A stretch of DNA of 43,786 nucleotides from an uncultured Methanosarcinales archaeon (GCA_964505795.1 CAZDJS010000002.1:1-43786), one strand, 5' to 3'; shown: positions 35,171 to 43,786, counted from the stretch's first letter. Translations and numbers: made by a program. Notes: generated by a model not told the origin, from the sequence alone.

Positions 35171-35780
35171 AGCAGTTTTATTTGATAGAGACGGAACACT
35201 TGTTGATTCTGAACCAGCGCACCTCGGTGCTATTTCTTATAGTTTAGGAAAATTTGGTTTTCAACTAAAAGAAAGCCAACACTCTTTAGTTATTGGTAAA
35301 TTTTCAACTCAATATCTGCCTGAACTTCACAAAACATATGCTTTTGATGATTCTGTTTTTTTAGAAGCGTATCTTAAAAAATATTCTGAACTTATGAAAA
35401 AAGTTGTTTTTCCAGAGGATTCAAAAAACATCATAAGAGAGATTCGTAAAACGCACCGTGTTGGTTTAGTAACGAATTCTGGGATGAAAAGTACTCTTGA
35501 ACTTCTTGCCGATTTGAAAAAAGAATTCTCCACTATTATTACAAGTGATTATGCAAAAACAGCAAAGCCCGATCCTAAAATTTATTTGCTCGCAGCACAA
35601 GAAATAGGAGTCAAGCCAGAAGAATGTCTTGTTGTTGAAGATTCACAAACAGGTCTTGATGCTGCAAAAGGAGCAGGGATGTTTTGTGTAATTATTCGAA
35701 ACGAGTTTAATAAATCCCAAGAATTTTTAGACGCTGACGCAATTATTGAAAAATTATCTGAAGTAAAAAAATTTCTTTAA
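35160..35780 (+). CDS. HAD-superfamily hydrolase (subfamily IA, beta-phosphoglucomutase-like)
   Basis: The motifs are LFDRDGTLVDSE, GLVTNS, K...P and VEDSQTGLDAAKGAGM. Confidence 0.8.
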   Translation: MNIKAVLFDRDGTLVDSEPAHLGAISYSLGKFGFQLKESQHSLVIGKFSTQYLPELHKTYAFDDSVFLEAYLKKYSELMKKVVFPEDSKNIIREIRKTHRVGLVTNSGMKSTLELLADLKKEFSTIITSDYAKTAKPDPKIYLLAAQEIGVKPEECLVVEDSQTGLDAAKGAGMFCVIIRNEFNKSQEFLDADAIIEKLSEVKKFL

Positions 35781-35863
35781 ACAAACCTTTTATGACGAAT
35801 GTTGAAACAACACCCAAGCACTATAACCATGTAATCTTGAAGATGTGAGAAAAAAGCACGAAC

Positions 35864-36361
35864 TTATTTGAGCATGCTTGCAAGATGTTTCTCATCAGAA
35901 ACGATTTGTTTTAATTCCTTTTCTGTGTGAAGAACTGCTTCGAACTCTTTTTTTAACTCGCCTCTTTCACCACCAAACTTTTGATCTATAAGATGAACTA
36001 TTGCATCATAGGTTTTTTTCCAACGAGCGGCGTGATCAGAACTAAAATCATATTCTTTTAGAAAACCTTTTGCTTGCTCTAATGATAAACCAATATAATT
36101 GGTAGTGTATCTGATGTCGTTTATGAGTTTTTCAATTTCTTGTTCTTGAAGCTGCACGTCTTTAACAGAAGAGTTTTTTAGTCGATAAAGTGTTTTTTTA
36201 AAATCTGGTCTGTTCACTAATTCTAATAAGGTCTTCAAATACTCTTCTGTTTTATTAATTGCCCATAAGGCTCTTTTTTTTTCTTCCGGAGTATCAATAT
36301 TTCCAGATGATCCAATCATAGTTATTTGTATTTGTTCCAAACACCAACCAATATGTTTCAT
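35864..36361 (-). CDS. Hypothetical helical protein (165 aa)
   Basis: This is an ORF only, with no motif recognised. Confidence 0.45.
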   Translation of the reverse strand: MKHIGWCLEQIQITMIGSSGNIDTPEEKKRALWAINKTEEYLKTLLELVNRPDFKKTLYRLKNSSVKDVQLQEQEIEKLINDIRYTTNYIGLSLEQAKGFLKEYDFSSDHAARWKKTYDAIVHLIDQKFGGERGELKKEFEAVLHTEKELKQIVSDEKHLASMLK

Positions 36362-36463
36362 AAGAATATGTTTTATCTAATTAATATAAAAACATTTGTT
36401 TAACACTAAATCAGAATAAATCATGACACAATAATAAATCACTACGACAAAGAAGAATAAGAT

Positions 36464-37378
36464 TTATTCCTCAGAAAAATGTTTTCTTAACACTCCTTCT
36501 AATTTTTTAGAATCTTTTTTTCCCATTCTAACTAAGGGCAGTCGTACATTAGGAGTGAATGTTGGTATTCCTAATTCGTGTCTTAAAAGATACATGGATT
36601 CTTTAATAGTTACAGGATTTCCGTAAGCCATATTTGCACTTAACAAAGGACGTAAGTGTTTAAATCTGTTTAATGATTCCCAACTATGATCAAAGTTGCT
36701 AATATATTTGTGTATCTCTTGAGGAACCATATTTGAAGAAACAGATACGAGACCTTGAGCGCCTGATGAGAGCATTGCGTGAGATAATACATCATCACCA
36801 CATAACACACTTACGTGATTTGGTTTATTTGCTAGAACTTCAAGCAATTCTTCATCATAACCAGCAGCAGCCTTTAAACTAACAATCTTAGGATGTTCAA
36901 AAGCACGTAAAATAGTATCAGCAGTCATTCCAGAAGCGCTTCTTCCAGGAATATTATACATCATAATAGGAAGACCCACATCAGCAATTGCAACTTGATG
37001 AGCAAGGTGACCTTTTTGAGAAGGCTTATTATAATATGGAGTAACAGACATTCCTGCGTCAGCATCTAAAGATAACGCTTGCTCAGCATACTCAATTGCT
37101 TCTCGTGTTGAATTACTGCCAACACCAGCCACCATTAAGACTGGTGAGTAAGGAGTGGAGCCATTAACATCTCCTACGACATTAACACCGATTTTGATTA
37201 AATTAACATGTTCTTCAGGTGTAAGAGTTGGGCTCTCTGTTGTAGTTCCAGGACTTACGATATGATTTCCTGCAGCTGCTTGCCTATAACACAACTCTTG
37301 ATATAAATCATAATCAATTGTCAAATCTTCTTTAAAGGGCACAACCATCGCAGTACAAGTTCCATTAATGTTTACCAT
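36464..37378 (-). CDS. dapA: 4-hydroxy-tetrahydrodipicolinate synthase family (DapA/DHDPS-like aldolase)
   Basis: The motifs are GTTTESPTLT, TPYYNKPSQKG, MYNIPGRS and the Schiff-base Lys context SLKAAAG. Confidence 0.75.
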   Translation of the reverse strand: MVNINGTCTAMVVPFKEDLTIDYDLYQELCYRQAAAGNHIVSPGTTTESPTLTPEEHVNLIKIGVNVVGDVNGSTPYSPVLMVAGVGSNSTREAIEYAEQALSLDADAGMSVTPYYNKPSQKGHLAHQVAIADVGLPIMMYNIPGRSASGMTADTILRAFEHPKIVSLKAAAGYDEELLEVLANKPNHVSVLCGDDVLSHAMLSSGAQGLVSVSSNMVPQEIHKYISNFDHSWESLNRFKHLRPLLSANMAYGNPVTIKESMYLLRHELGIPTFTPNVRLPLVRMGKKDSKKLEGVLRKHFSEE

Positions 37379-37526
37379 AAAACAGTAGTAATTGTCATTT
37401 TTTTATAAATCTTTATTTAACAGAATTGCTGAAATATTATCAAAACACCAACATACTTCATAAGGAATTAATATTATTCAATAATGTAAAATTTAAGTTT
37501 TCTGAGAAATCAACCAAAGCTAGTAA

Positions 37527-37917
37527 TCACAAACTCTCATCCAAGAATTCTTTGAGCGCTTCCAAATCTTTTTTCTCCGGATCATAATGGTGTGTTATTA
37601 TTCCAACTGATTCTGCGGATTTACAAGCTTCTAAGTTGTGTTCGAAATACACAACCGTATCGGTGTTCAGGTTTTTTTCTTTGAGTAACTCTTTAAAGTA
37701 TTCGGGGTTTGTTTTCGGAGGGTCTTTACTGAGTGTGAATACTTCGTAAGGAACGTCGTAGAGTCCATATTTCTCGAACTTTTCTAAAGGCGAGTTTGTA
37801 ACGATAATTATGAGGATATTGTTCCAATAGTTTGTGTAGATTCTCATCAATATTCCCTTCTTCATTCACAAAAGTAAATACTGCGTCAACAAGAATTGTT
37901 TTCATAATTGTGCACAA
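37527..37917 (-). pseudogene. HAD-like small hydrolase-fold gene split by a frameshift
   Basis: ORF 37726-37917 (MKTILVDAVFTFVNEEGNIDENLHKLLEQYPHN...) continues logically in the other frame as ...ILIIIVTNSPLEKFEKYG... (ORF 37527-37865). The frames overlap around 37815-37865. Confidence 0.45.
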
Positions 37918-38037
37918 ACAACAACGTATTTAATGATTGTTGTAGAGATTTTGTGCGTGATATAAAATGATGTTTGTTTAACGAAACATTTAAATAAACC
38001 AAAATATTGGTTTATATAAACCAAAAAAGTGGTTATT

Positions 38038-38670
38038 ATGCTTACTCAAAAACAACTGAAAATATTTACAACATTTGCAAACTTTCCTTTTAGGGAATTA
38101 TCAAGACAAGAAGTTAAAGGTTTATCTAAAGAAAAATCTAACAACGCATTAAGTCTAGCATTCATTCAATTTAAAAAAGAAAATTTGTTGATAGAGAAAA
38201 AAGTCGGAAAATCATCATTATTCTCTCTGAATCTAAAAAATGACGCAACATATTATTACCTTGCTTTATCCAATGAGAAAAAACTAAAAATAACAATTAA
38301 ACCAATAATTGAAGATATTAAGAACGAAGTGAGAAAAACAACCCCTTTTTTTAGCATAGCATTGTTTGGTTCTTACGTTACTGGGAAAATAAAAGACAAC
38401 TCTGATCTAGATATTGTCATATGTATAGAAAATAATGACCAGCTAAAAGAAATACAAAGAAATATTAAAACAGCAGAATTAAAATCAATTATTGAACTAG
38501 ACACACACATCATCACAAGAGATGATTTCGTCGAGATGCTCTCTAACGATGAAGAAAACCTTGGTAAACAAATAGCAAAAAAACATTTAGTAATTCACAA
38601 TCATCAACTATTTTATGATTTAATACGAGAAGGGGTACAAAATGGATTCAACATACAAGATTTACCTTAA
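38038..38670 (+). CDS. Nucleotidyltransferase-domain protein (MNT-type) with N-terminal wHTH-like region
   Basis: The signature is ALFGSYVTGKIKDNSDLDIVI (GS-x9-10-DxD). The ATG at 38038 is preferred over the GTG at 38029. Confidence 0.75.
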   Translation: MLTQKQLKIFTTFANFPFRELSRQEVKGLSKEKSNNALSLAFIQFKKENLLIEKKVGKSSLFSLNLKNDATYYYLALSNEKKLKITIKPIIEDIKNEVRKTTPFFSIALFGSYVTGKIKDNSDLDIVICIENNDQLKEIQRNIKTAELKSIIELDTHIITRDDFVEMLSNDEENLGKQIAKKHLVIHNHQLFYDLIREGVQNGFNIQDLP

Positions 38671-39115
38671 AAGATCACAAAATGAAATCAATCTATCAAA
38701 AATAATATTAGAAATCAGCAAAAATAGTAAAATCCAAACAGAGATTTTTGAAATGCCAGAAGACACATATTATAGCGCAGCAATATCTCATGCTTATTAT
38801 TCAATATTTTACATCACAAAAGCTTATCTTCTCACTAAAAAAATAAAGACCGAAGCTCCAGAAGAGCACAAAAAGACATTTGAAGAATTTAAAAAACTCG
38901 TTGAGCAAGGATTAGTAGATGTTGAACTACTAACAATATATCAACAACTCCTCACCAGAGCCGAAACCCTGCTTAAAATTTTTCAGATAGAAAAAGGAAA
39001 AAGAGCCAAGTTTACTTACAAAACACTACCACAGGCAAATTTAGAACCTGCAAAAGAGAGCGCACAAAACGCAGAAACCTTCTTCAAACACATAAACAAA
39101 CTGTGCAGACAATAA
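38642..39115 (+). CDS. HEPN-domain-like protein, partner of the NTase
   Basis: It is all-helical, with the segment SAAISHAYYSIFYITKAYLL typical of HEPN partners. It overlaps the NTase gene by 29 nt. Confidence 0.5.
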   Translation: MDSTYKIYLKRSQNEINLSKIILEISKNSKIQTEIFEMPEDTYYSAAISHAYYSIFYITKAYLLTKKIKTEAPEEHKKTFEEFKKLVEQGLVDVELLTIYQQLLTRAETLLKIFQIEKGKRAKFTYKTLPQANLEPAKESAQNAETFFKHINKLCRQ

Positions 39116-39153
39116 AATTTTATTTAGAGAATTTTTCTAATTGACTGTTTTTG

Positions 39154-40782
39154 ATGACTAGATATTTAAGCAAGCCCAACCTTCCTTTTAGCATGTCAAA
39201 CATGTTTTTTGCAACGGCACTCAAATACTATAAACGTCCCGAGGTTCAAGAGGCTATTTTACGTCACGCTGAAGACCGCGAAGTAAGCCCTCGCTTTGGC
39301 GAAGGCTTTGGTCGACGGCCAGACACCTTAACCTATCCTGCTGACGTTCTTGCTTTTGCAACAAAGAAAGCGACGAGTTTTCACTGCAGCGAAGAGCGAT
39401 GGACGGACCCGCTCAGTATTCAGACTGGCATGACGAGAAATCAGCTTGACGAATTACGCTGCGGTTGGGATTTGGTGCTTGATATTGATTGTCCTAATTG
39501 GAAATTTAGTAAGTTAACCACTATTCTTCTTATTCGCGCTCTCGAAGCTCATAATATTTCAAGCATTACTGTCAAGTTTTCTGGGAGTAAAGGATTTCAT
39601 ATTGGTGTTCCTTTCGAAGCATTCCCTGAAGAATTTAACAATAATCAAACTAAAGACTTGTTTCCTGACGCTCCACGAGCAATTGCGGAATATCTTATTC
39701 GTTACATCGAAAACCCGAAGAACAAACTTATTACTGTGCAGGAGTCTGCAGTGACTTTTCTTCCACAAAAAGAAAATATTTCTTATTCTTTCAAAGAGCT
39801 TGAATTGCTTTGTCCGAACGAACAATTACTCATCGATGTTTGTTCAAGTTGTTCTGCGCCGTGGGAGAAGAAAAAGGCAGATAGTTATTGTCCGAGTTGT
39901 CAAGCAAAAATCAGTCCAGGAGCGCTTCGTTGTGATAATTGCGGGCATATTCTTGATCAAAATCCTACTTTGTTTTCTTGCGCTTCGTGTAATGATTCTT
40001 CGTACCCTGTTAAAAAAATTAATTTCGCTGCACTTATTGAAATTGACACTGTTTTGCTTGCAAGTAGGCACTTGTTTCGCATGCCCTATAGTTTGCACGA
40101 AAAAACCGGTTATGTAAGTTGTCCTGTTTCTATAAGTGAGGTTCTTGGTTATGAGAAGGAGATGGCAAGTCCTGAAAAAATAACGTACGATGAAACTTTT
40201 CTTAATCGCGATGCGAACCCTGGCGAGGCTGCTGATTTGTTAGGTCGCTCTCTCAAGTTATTACAAGAGGAAGAACAAGAAAAATTACAGAACAGAAAAA
40301 ACTATGACGTTCCCGAAGAAGCAATTCCTGAAGAGATGTTTCCTCCTTGCATGAAACTCATTCTCGCAGGACTTAAGGATGGGAAAAAACGCGCGCTTTT
40401 CCTCTTAACGAATTTTCTCTCGACTTGCGGTTGGACTGATGAGATGATTAAAGATAGGATTTATGATTGGAACAAAGTCAATCCCGAACCACTACGAGAA
40501 GTCATCATTAAAGGTCATCTTCAATTAAAGGAGAAGAAGAAAGAAGTTATTCCTCCGCCCAATTGTACGTCTGATTATTATTCTGGCCTTGGTATTTGTC
40601 AACCCGACGATTTTTGTAAAACGATTAAGAATCCTGCGCAGTACGCGACGAAGAAATATCGTTTGCAAAATCCTAAGAAGAAAGAACGACCGAAACTCAC
40701 TGAAGAACAAAAAGAGATGCGCCGTAAGTTCAGGGAACAAAAGAAAGAAAAGGAGAAATCTCTTGATGAAAAACAAACATAA
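39154..40782 (+). CDS. Single-chain DNA primase: PriS catalytic domain fused to a PriL C-terminal (Fe-S) domain
   Basis: The AEP motifs are WDLVLDIDCP, KFSGSKGFHIGVPF and LFRMPYSLHEKTG. A double Zn-ribbon insert reads CSSC..CPSC..CDNC..CASC. The C-terminal FPPCMKLILAGLKDGKKRALFLLTNFL... and PPNCTSDYYSGLGICQPDDFCKTIKNPAQY match the PriL-CTD pattern with 4 Cys. Confidence 0.8.
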   Translation: MTRYLSKPNLPFSMSNMFFATALKYYKRPEVQEAILRHAEDREVSPRFGEGFGRRPDTLTYPADVLAFATKKATSFHCSEERWTDPLSIQTGMTRNQLDELRCGWDLVLDIDCPNWKFSKLTTILLIRALEAHNISSITVKFSGSKGFHIGVPFEAFPEEFNNNQTKDLFPDAPRAIAEYLIRYIENPKNKLITVQESAVTFLPQKENISYSFKELELLCPNEQLLIDVCSSCSAPWEKKKADSYCPSCQAKISPGALRCDNCGHILDQNPTLFSCASCNDSSYPVKKINFAALIEIDTVLLASRHLFRMPYSLHEKTGYVSCPVSISEVLGYEKEMASPEKITYDETFLNRDANPGEAADLLGRSLKLLQEEEQEKLQNRKNYDVPEEAIPEEMFPPCMKLILAGLKDGKKRALFLLTNFLSTCGWTDEMIKDRIYDWNKVNPEPLREVIIKGHLQLKEKKKEVIPPPNCTSDYYSGLGICQPDDFCKTIKNPAQYATKKYRLQNPKKKERPKLTEEQKEMRRKFREQKKEKEKSLDEKQT

Positions 40783-41512
40783 CGAAAACCTCGCTGGAGC
40801 TTTAACTGGCGAACTCAAAGACAAACTTATCATTATTTGTCATGGTCTTGCGGACACGAAAGACAATCCGACATTTGTGACTCTTGCTGAAGAACTCGAT
40901 GAGTTCGCACCAGTTTTTCGTTTTGATTTTTCTGGTAATGGAGAATCCGAAGGAACGTTCGAAGAAGCAACGTACCACAAGGAAGTTGAGGATCTCGAAG
41001 CTGTTATCGATCACTTCAAAGAACAAGGAGTGAAAAAGTTCTGCCTTATTGGTCACAGCATGGGTGGTGGTGTTGTTCAGGTTGTTGCGGGAAAACGAGA
41101 GGAAGTCGCAACAATCATCAGTCTTGCTGGTGTTGGTCGTGCCGAAGCGTTCAAAGACAAATTCCCACAAGTAATAGAAGCCTTGGAAAATGATGAGCCA
41201 GCGTATTTTTTTAGAAGCAAAAAATATCCTGTGAGTAAAAAATATGTTGAGTCCACACAAACAATCAATATTATGAGTTACGCAAAAACCTGTCGTTGCC
41301 CTGTGCTTGCCGTGCAAGGGTCAAACGATCTTCTCATTCGTAAAGATCATACGCAAGAATGGCTTGATAATCTCCCTCACAATAATTGGAAGTTTGAAAT
41401 TATCGAAGGAGCAGATCATGCGTTTAACAGAAAAGTTTCTGAGGAAGCCTACGAAGAAACAATGCAAAAACTTCTCAAAATTCTTAAGGAATGGCTCACA
41501 AAAAAATTTTAG
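40766..41512 (+). CDS. Alpha/beta-fold hydrolase
   Basis: It has the nucleophile elbow GHSMGG and a C-terminal ...GADHAF His motif. The start MKNKHNE overlaps the primase gene end by 17 nt. Confidence 0.75.
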   Translation: MKNKHNENLAGALTGELKDKLIIICHGLADTKDNPTFVTLAEELDEFAPVFRFDFSGNGESEGTFEEATYHKEVEDLEAVIDHFKEQGVKKFCLIGHSMGGGVVQVVAGKREEVATIISLAGVGRAEAFKDKFPQVIEALENDEPAYFFRSKKYPVSKKYVESTQTINIMSYAKTCRCPVLAVQGSNDLLIRKDHTQEWLDNLPHNNWKFEIIEGADHAFNRKVSEEAYEETMQKLLKILKEWLTKKF

Positions 41513-43137
41513 TTGTTAGACCAGCCAATAAGGCTGTTTTGTTGTTCGCGAAAACGCTGAGGATATTCAAGAGTGAATTGTCCTTCTTTTTCAACGATTC
41601 TTGGAAAAACAATAATGCGTCCTCGCGGAATCTTTTCGAATCTTTTTTCAAACTCTTTCTTGCGATCAGTCTTGATGTATTCTTTGAGCTTTGTAAATTC
41701 TCCAACATCCCCCTCTGAACGAATATCAGCGATTCGTTTGAGCAATTCAGCCGATGATTCTCGCATGTTCTCAACAATAACTTCGAACTTCCCATTTTTT
41801 TCAACAAGCGCTCCACTCTCAAGAAAATAATGAAACATGAGGTTGCGCGATCCTGAATGTTCTTTTGGCGGGTGAATCAACGCACCAAGGAAGCTTTTGA
41901 GCATGTTATAATACCCGGTTTTTTCTTCTTTCTCATCAACAATGTTTTTTGTTCGTAAGTAATTAATCGCCCAGAGCGCGAAGGTTTCTGCGCGTGCTTC
42001 TTCAAGAATGGTATAGTCTTCGCTGCCAAAAACACTCGCAGGGTTTTCTGTAAAGTTGAGTCTGCTCGTTGCGTGGCCGAGTTCATGAACTGCAGTCATA
42101 AGATTTGCAATGTAGCCTACATTCACAAAATCGTCTTCGGCAAAAAATTCTTGCACAATAAGAGGTTGTGTTTGTTCGCTTGTGAGTTCAGTAATGTTTG
42201 CGTACATAATACTGATGCAACCAATATTGTCTTTGCGATCCTGCTCGTTAGGAAGGTTTTGTGCGAGAACACAAATTGGCGGGTGGGCGAAATCACCTGC
42301 CCATGTGACAACATCAACGAAACGTACTGTTGGTAATTCCATGTTTTTTGCTTTGTAAGTCCAAGGTGCTTGTTTGTCAAGCTCTGCCATAATGCCTTGA
42401 AGCGTCTCTGTAAGATCAGCGTATTTTTCATTTATTCGAAAAACTGCCGCACCTGCCTGTCCGCGTACACCGAGGATGTCATCGCCGCCTTCTTCTCGCG
42501 AAGTGTCAAAAATGATGTCGAACTTTGTGTCGTTTGCAATCCAGGTCTTGAGCTGGGCGTCTTGGTTTTCTTGTGTTTCGTCAAGAATTAGTTTTCGCGT
42601 TGTTTTGATATGTTCTTTGAATGCTCCTTGTGCAAGTTCTTGAGCTTCAGCGAGTTTCTTATCTGCGCGTTCAAGATGTTCTTTGAAGTACTCGCTGTTC
42701 GCAACTACTTTGTATTCATTGTTTTTTTCAATTACAATCGAGTGTTTTTTTTGTTCGAGAGCCATTGCTTCTTCTTTTGTGATTTTTTTTGGATATATTC
42801 CTTCACTCATGCCCATAGTGTCCATTTCTAAGATTTCTGCGTGTTTTGGTCTTTCGCCGAAGTAGTCTTCGATAGTAAGTGCTGTTGAGAACAAGTCCAT
42901 GACGTGTTTAAGCTCAGGATGAGTTTTTTCGAGCTCGATTCCTTCTTGAAATTTTTGTATGGAGTCGGGATGGCGTTGTCGCGCACATATTGGTATGAAT
43001 TCTTGCGCCGCTTCAGAAAGTGTTTGTAATAGTTTGCACTCTTGCGAACTGAGCCCCGTCAAGTCTACTGCTACTTTGAGCACAGGCATCTTTATTGTGC
43101 TGCCGTCTTGCTTTTCGAAAAGAAAATGCGATTCCAT
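41509..43137 (-). CDS. Zinc metallopeptidase, M49 (DPP III)-like
   Basis: It has VHELGHA (HExxH-type) and a downstream EEARAETFA, resembling the second M49 motif EECRAE. Confidence 0.55.
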   Translation of the reverse strand: MESHFLFEKQDGSTIKMPVLKVAVDLTGLSSQECKLLQTLSEAAQEFIPICARQRHPDSIQKFQEGIELEKTHPELKHVMDLFSTALTIEDYFGERPKHAEILEMDTMGMSEGIYPKKITKEEAMALEQKKHSIVIEKNNEYKVVANSEYFKEHLERADKKLAEAQELAQGAFKEHIKTTRKLILDETQENQDAQLKTWIANDTKFDIIFDTSREEGGDDILGVRGQAGAAVFRINEKYADLTETLQGIMAELDKQAPWTYKAKNMELPTVRFVDVVTWAGDFAHPPICVLAQNLPNEQDRKDNIGCISIMYANITELTSEQTQPLIVQEFFAEDDFVNVGYIANLMTAVHELGHATSRLNFTENPASVFGSEDYTILEEARAETFALWAINYLRTKNIVDEKEEKTGYYNMLKSFLGALIHPPKEHSGSRNLMFHYFLESGALVEKNGKFEVIVENMRESSAELLKRIADIRSEGDVGEFTKLKEYIKTDRKKEFEKRFEKIPRGRIIVFPRIVEKEGQFTLEYPQRFREQQNSLIGWSNN

Positions 43138-43181
43138 TAGTTTTGCTATGGGGTTTTTGTTTTTAAGAACTTTGTTTTTTA

Positions 43182-43193
43182 TTTTCTATATAG
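43182..43193 (+). promoter_or_regulatory. TTTTCTATATAG motif, with a near-copy at 43235-43246
   Basis: An exact copy and a one-mismatch copy (ttttctatattg) lie upstream of the structured non-coding region that starts at about 43279. Confidence 0.4.
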
Positions 43194-43278
43194 CTAAAAT
43201 ATGTGGAGCTAATTTTTTCCAAAAACATTATTTATTTTCTATATTGTATTAAACCATTTTTTTCTTTTCTTTTTTACT

Positions 43279-43730
43279 CCTGAGAAGAAAAATAAAACTA
43301 GTTGTGTTGAAACTCTTCTACCGCCTTGAACACCACACTACGTGTGGCAACCAAGGACACTTCCGTCGGACCAAGACCTAGATTGCTTTGAGCAATCCGG
43401 TCTCAATCTAGGTGCCGACGAAGATTTTCCACACAACAAAAAACCTATATCTTTTTAAAGCCCCGATTGTTTCACTCGTTTTCCGACACACGAATGTGTC
43501 AAAAACCCATAGCCTGAGGAGACATACTCAGTACGAAGGGAGGCAGATAGCCGATTCTTCTCAGGCCTACGTAAAAAATGAAGGCAACAAACCCAAGACA
43601 CGGAACAATGCAGACCTGGCCGCGAAAGCGCTCGAAAAGAACGAGTGCTCGAGTACGAAGCTGGGGAAAAGATGAAGGTCTCTTAGGATTTTCAGGATTC
43701 AAAGCAGGAATGACTCGGGTCGTTGCGACA
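43279..43730 (+). ncRNA. G+C-enriched highly structured non-coding region (one or more unidentified ncRNAs)
   Basis: A long interrupted helix pairs 43301-43318 with 43420-43437 and encloses two hairpins, including the 9-bp helix 43376-43384/43405-43413. A 6-bp/CGAA hairpin lies at 43485-43500. An 11-bp helix pairs 43512-43522 with 43556-43566. A 7-bp hairpin lies at 43628-43648. The ORFs in this region look non-protein-like. Strand and identity are uncertain. Confidence 0.4.
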
Positions 43731-43734
43731 CCCT

Positions 43735-43786
43735 GCGCCCGTAGCTCAACCGGATAGAGCAGCGGACTTCTAATCCGCAGGTTGCA
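43735..43786 (+). tRNA. tRNA-Arg (anticodon TCT), 5' portion; 3' end beyond window
   Basis: The arms are acceptor GCGCCCG, TA, D-arm GCTC-AACCGGATA-GAGC, and anticodon arm GCGGA-CTTCTAA-TCCGC with TCT at 43769-43771. The variable loop and T-arm start are cut by the window edge. Confidence 0.85.

Noticed and set aside
40589-40765. Long N-terminal extension of the alpha/beta hydrolase ORF
   Set aside because: The extension overlaps the primase C-terminal tail in another frame and is an R/K-rich artefact of the K/E-rich coding sequence. The internal ATG at 40766 precedes the conserved hydrolase core.
41496-41822. 108-aa minus-strand ORF overlapping the peptidase gene 3' region
   Set aside because: It is in an alternative frame inside the well-supported 542-aa M49-like CDS and has no motifs.
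43412-43702. Overlapping ORFs of 87 aa (+) and 67 aa (-) near the window end
   Set aside because: Both lie in the densely base-paired G+C-enriched region. Their translations are basic and low-complexity with no start context, so a structured RNA is the more economical explanation.
43279-43730. Confident assignment as RNase P RNA or SRP RNA
   Set aside because: The universally conserved P4 strings (GAGGAAAGUCC / ACAGAA...GGCUUA) are absent on both strands as far as I can read. The helix-8-like string ACGAAGGGAGGCAG lacks the 3-bp closing stem of a GNAR loop. I left it unassigned.

Overview
This is an AT-rich archaeal chromosome segment. The gene content and style (fused primase, tightly overlapping genes, giant surface proteins) suggest a DPANN-type small-genome archaeon, but that is inference. 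There are three blocks.

(1) 441-11119, minus strand: a translationally coupled cell-surface locus. It encodes five type IV pilin-like proteins with class III signal peptides ([KR][GA]|Q followed by a hydrophobic helix). It also encodes a 718-aa secreted Cys-rich protein, a 1345-aa membrane-anchored Cys-rich giant protein and a Memo-family protein. No assembly ATPase, platform protein or prepilin peptidase lies in the window. A third secreted Cys-rich protein (995 aa, 12997-15984) shares one of the repeat modules. This is my best candidate for an undescribed system.

(2) About 17000-29400: a replication and information-processing island. It holds TBP, MCM, an RPA32-like OB-fold protein, aIF2-beta, and an orc1/cdc6-PolD DP1-DP2 operon. 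That operon abuts a 1-kb non-coding region with the hallmarks of oriC: inverted ORB-like boxes, nearly pure A/T 38-bp tandem repeats and an 11-bp phased repeat array.

(3) 29400-43786: a mixed region with a TrmB regulator, TraB-like protein, membrane proteins, Hef helicase/nuclease, HAD hydrolase, DapA, a frameshifted HAD-like gene, an MNT/HEPN pair, a single-chain PriS+PriL-CTD primase, an alpha/beta hydrolase and an M49-like peptidase. It ends in a G+C-enriched structured non-coding region and a partial tRNA-Arg(TCT).

Non-coding highlights are a ~105-125 nt structured, terminally inverted repeat family in three copies plus a fragment, a separate 176-nt nested-helix element overlapping the traB-like 3' end, and a recurring palindromic TTTTCTATATAG promoter-like motif. 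All calls come from reading the sequence and the supplied ORF translations. No database search was run.
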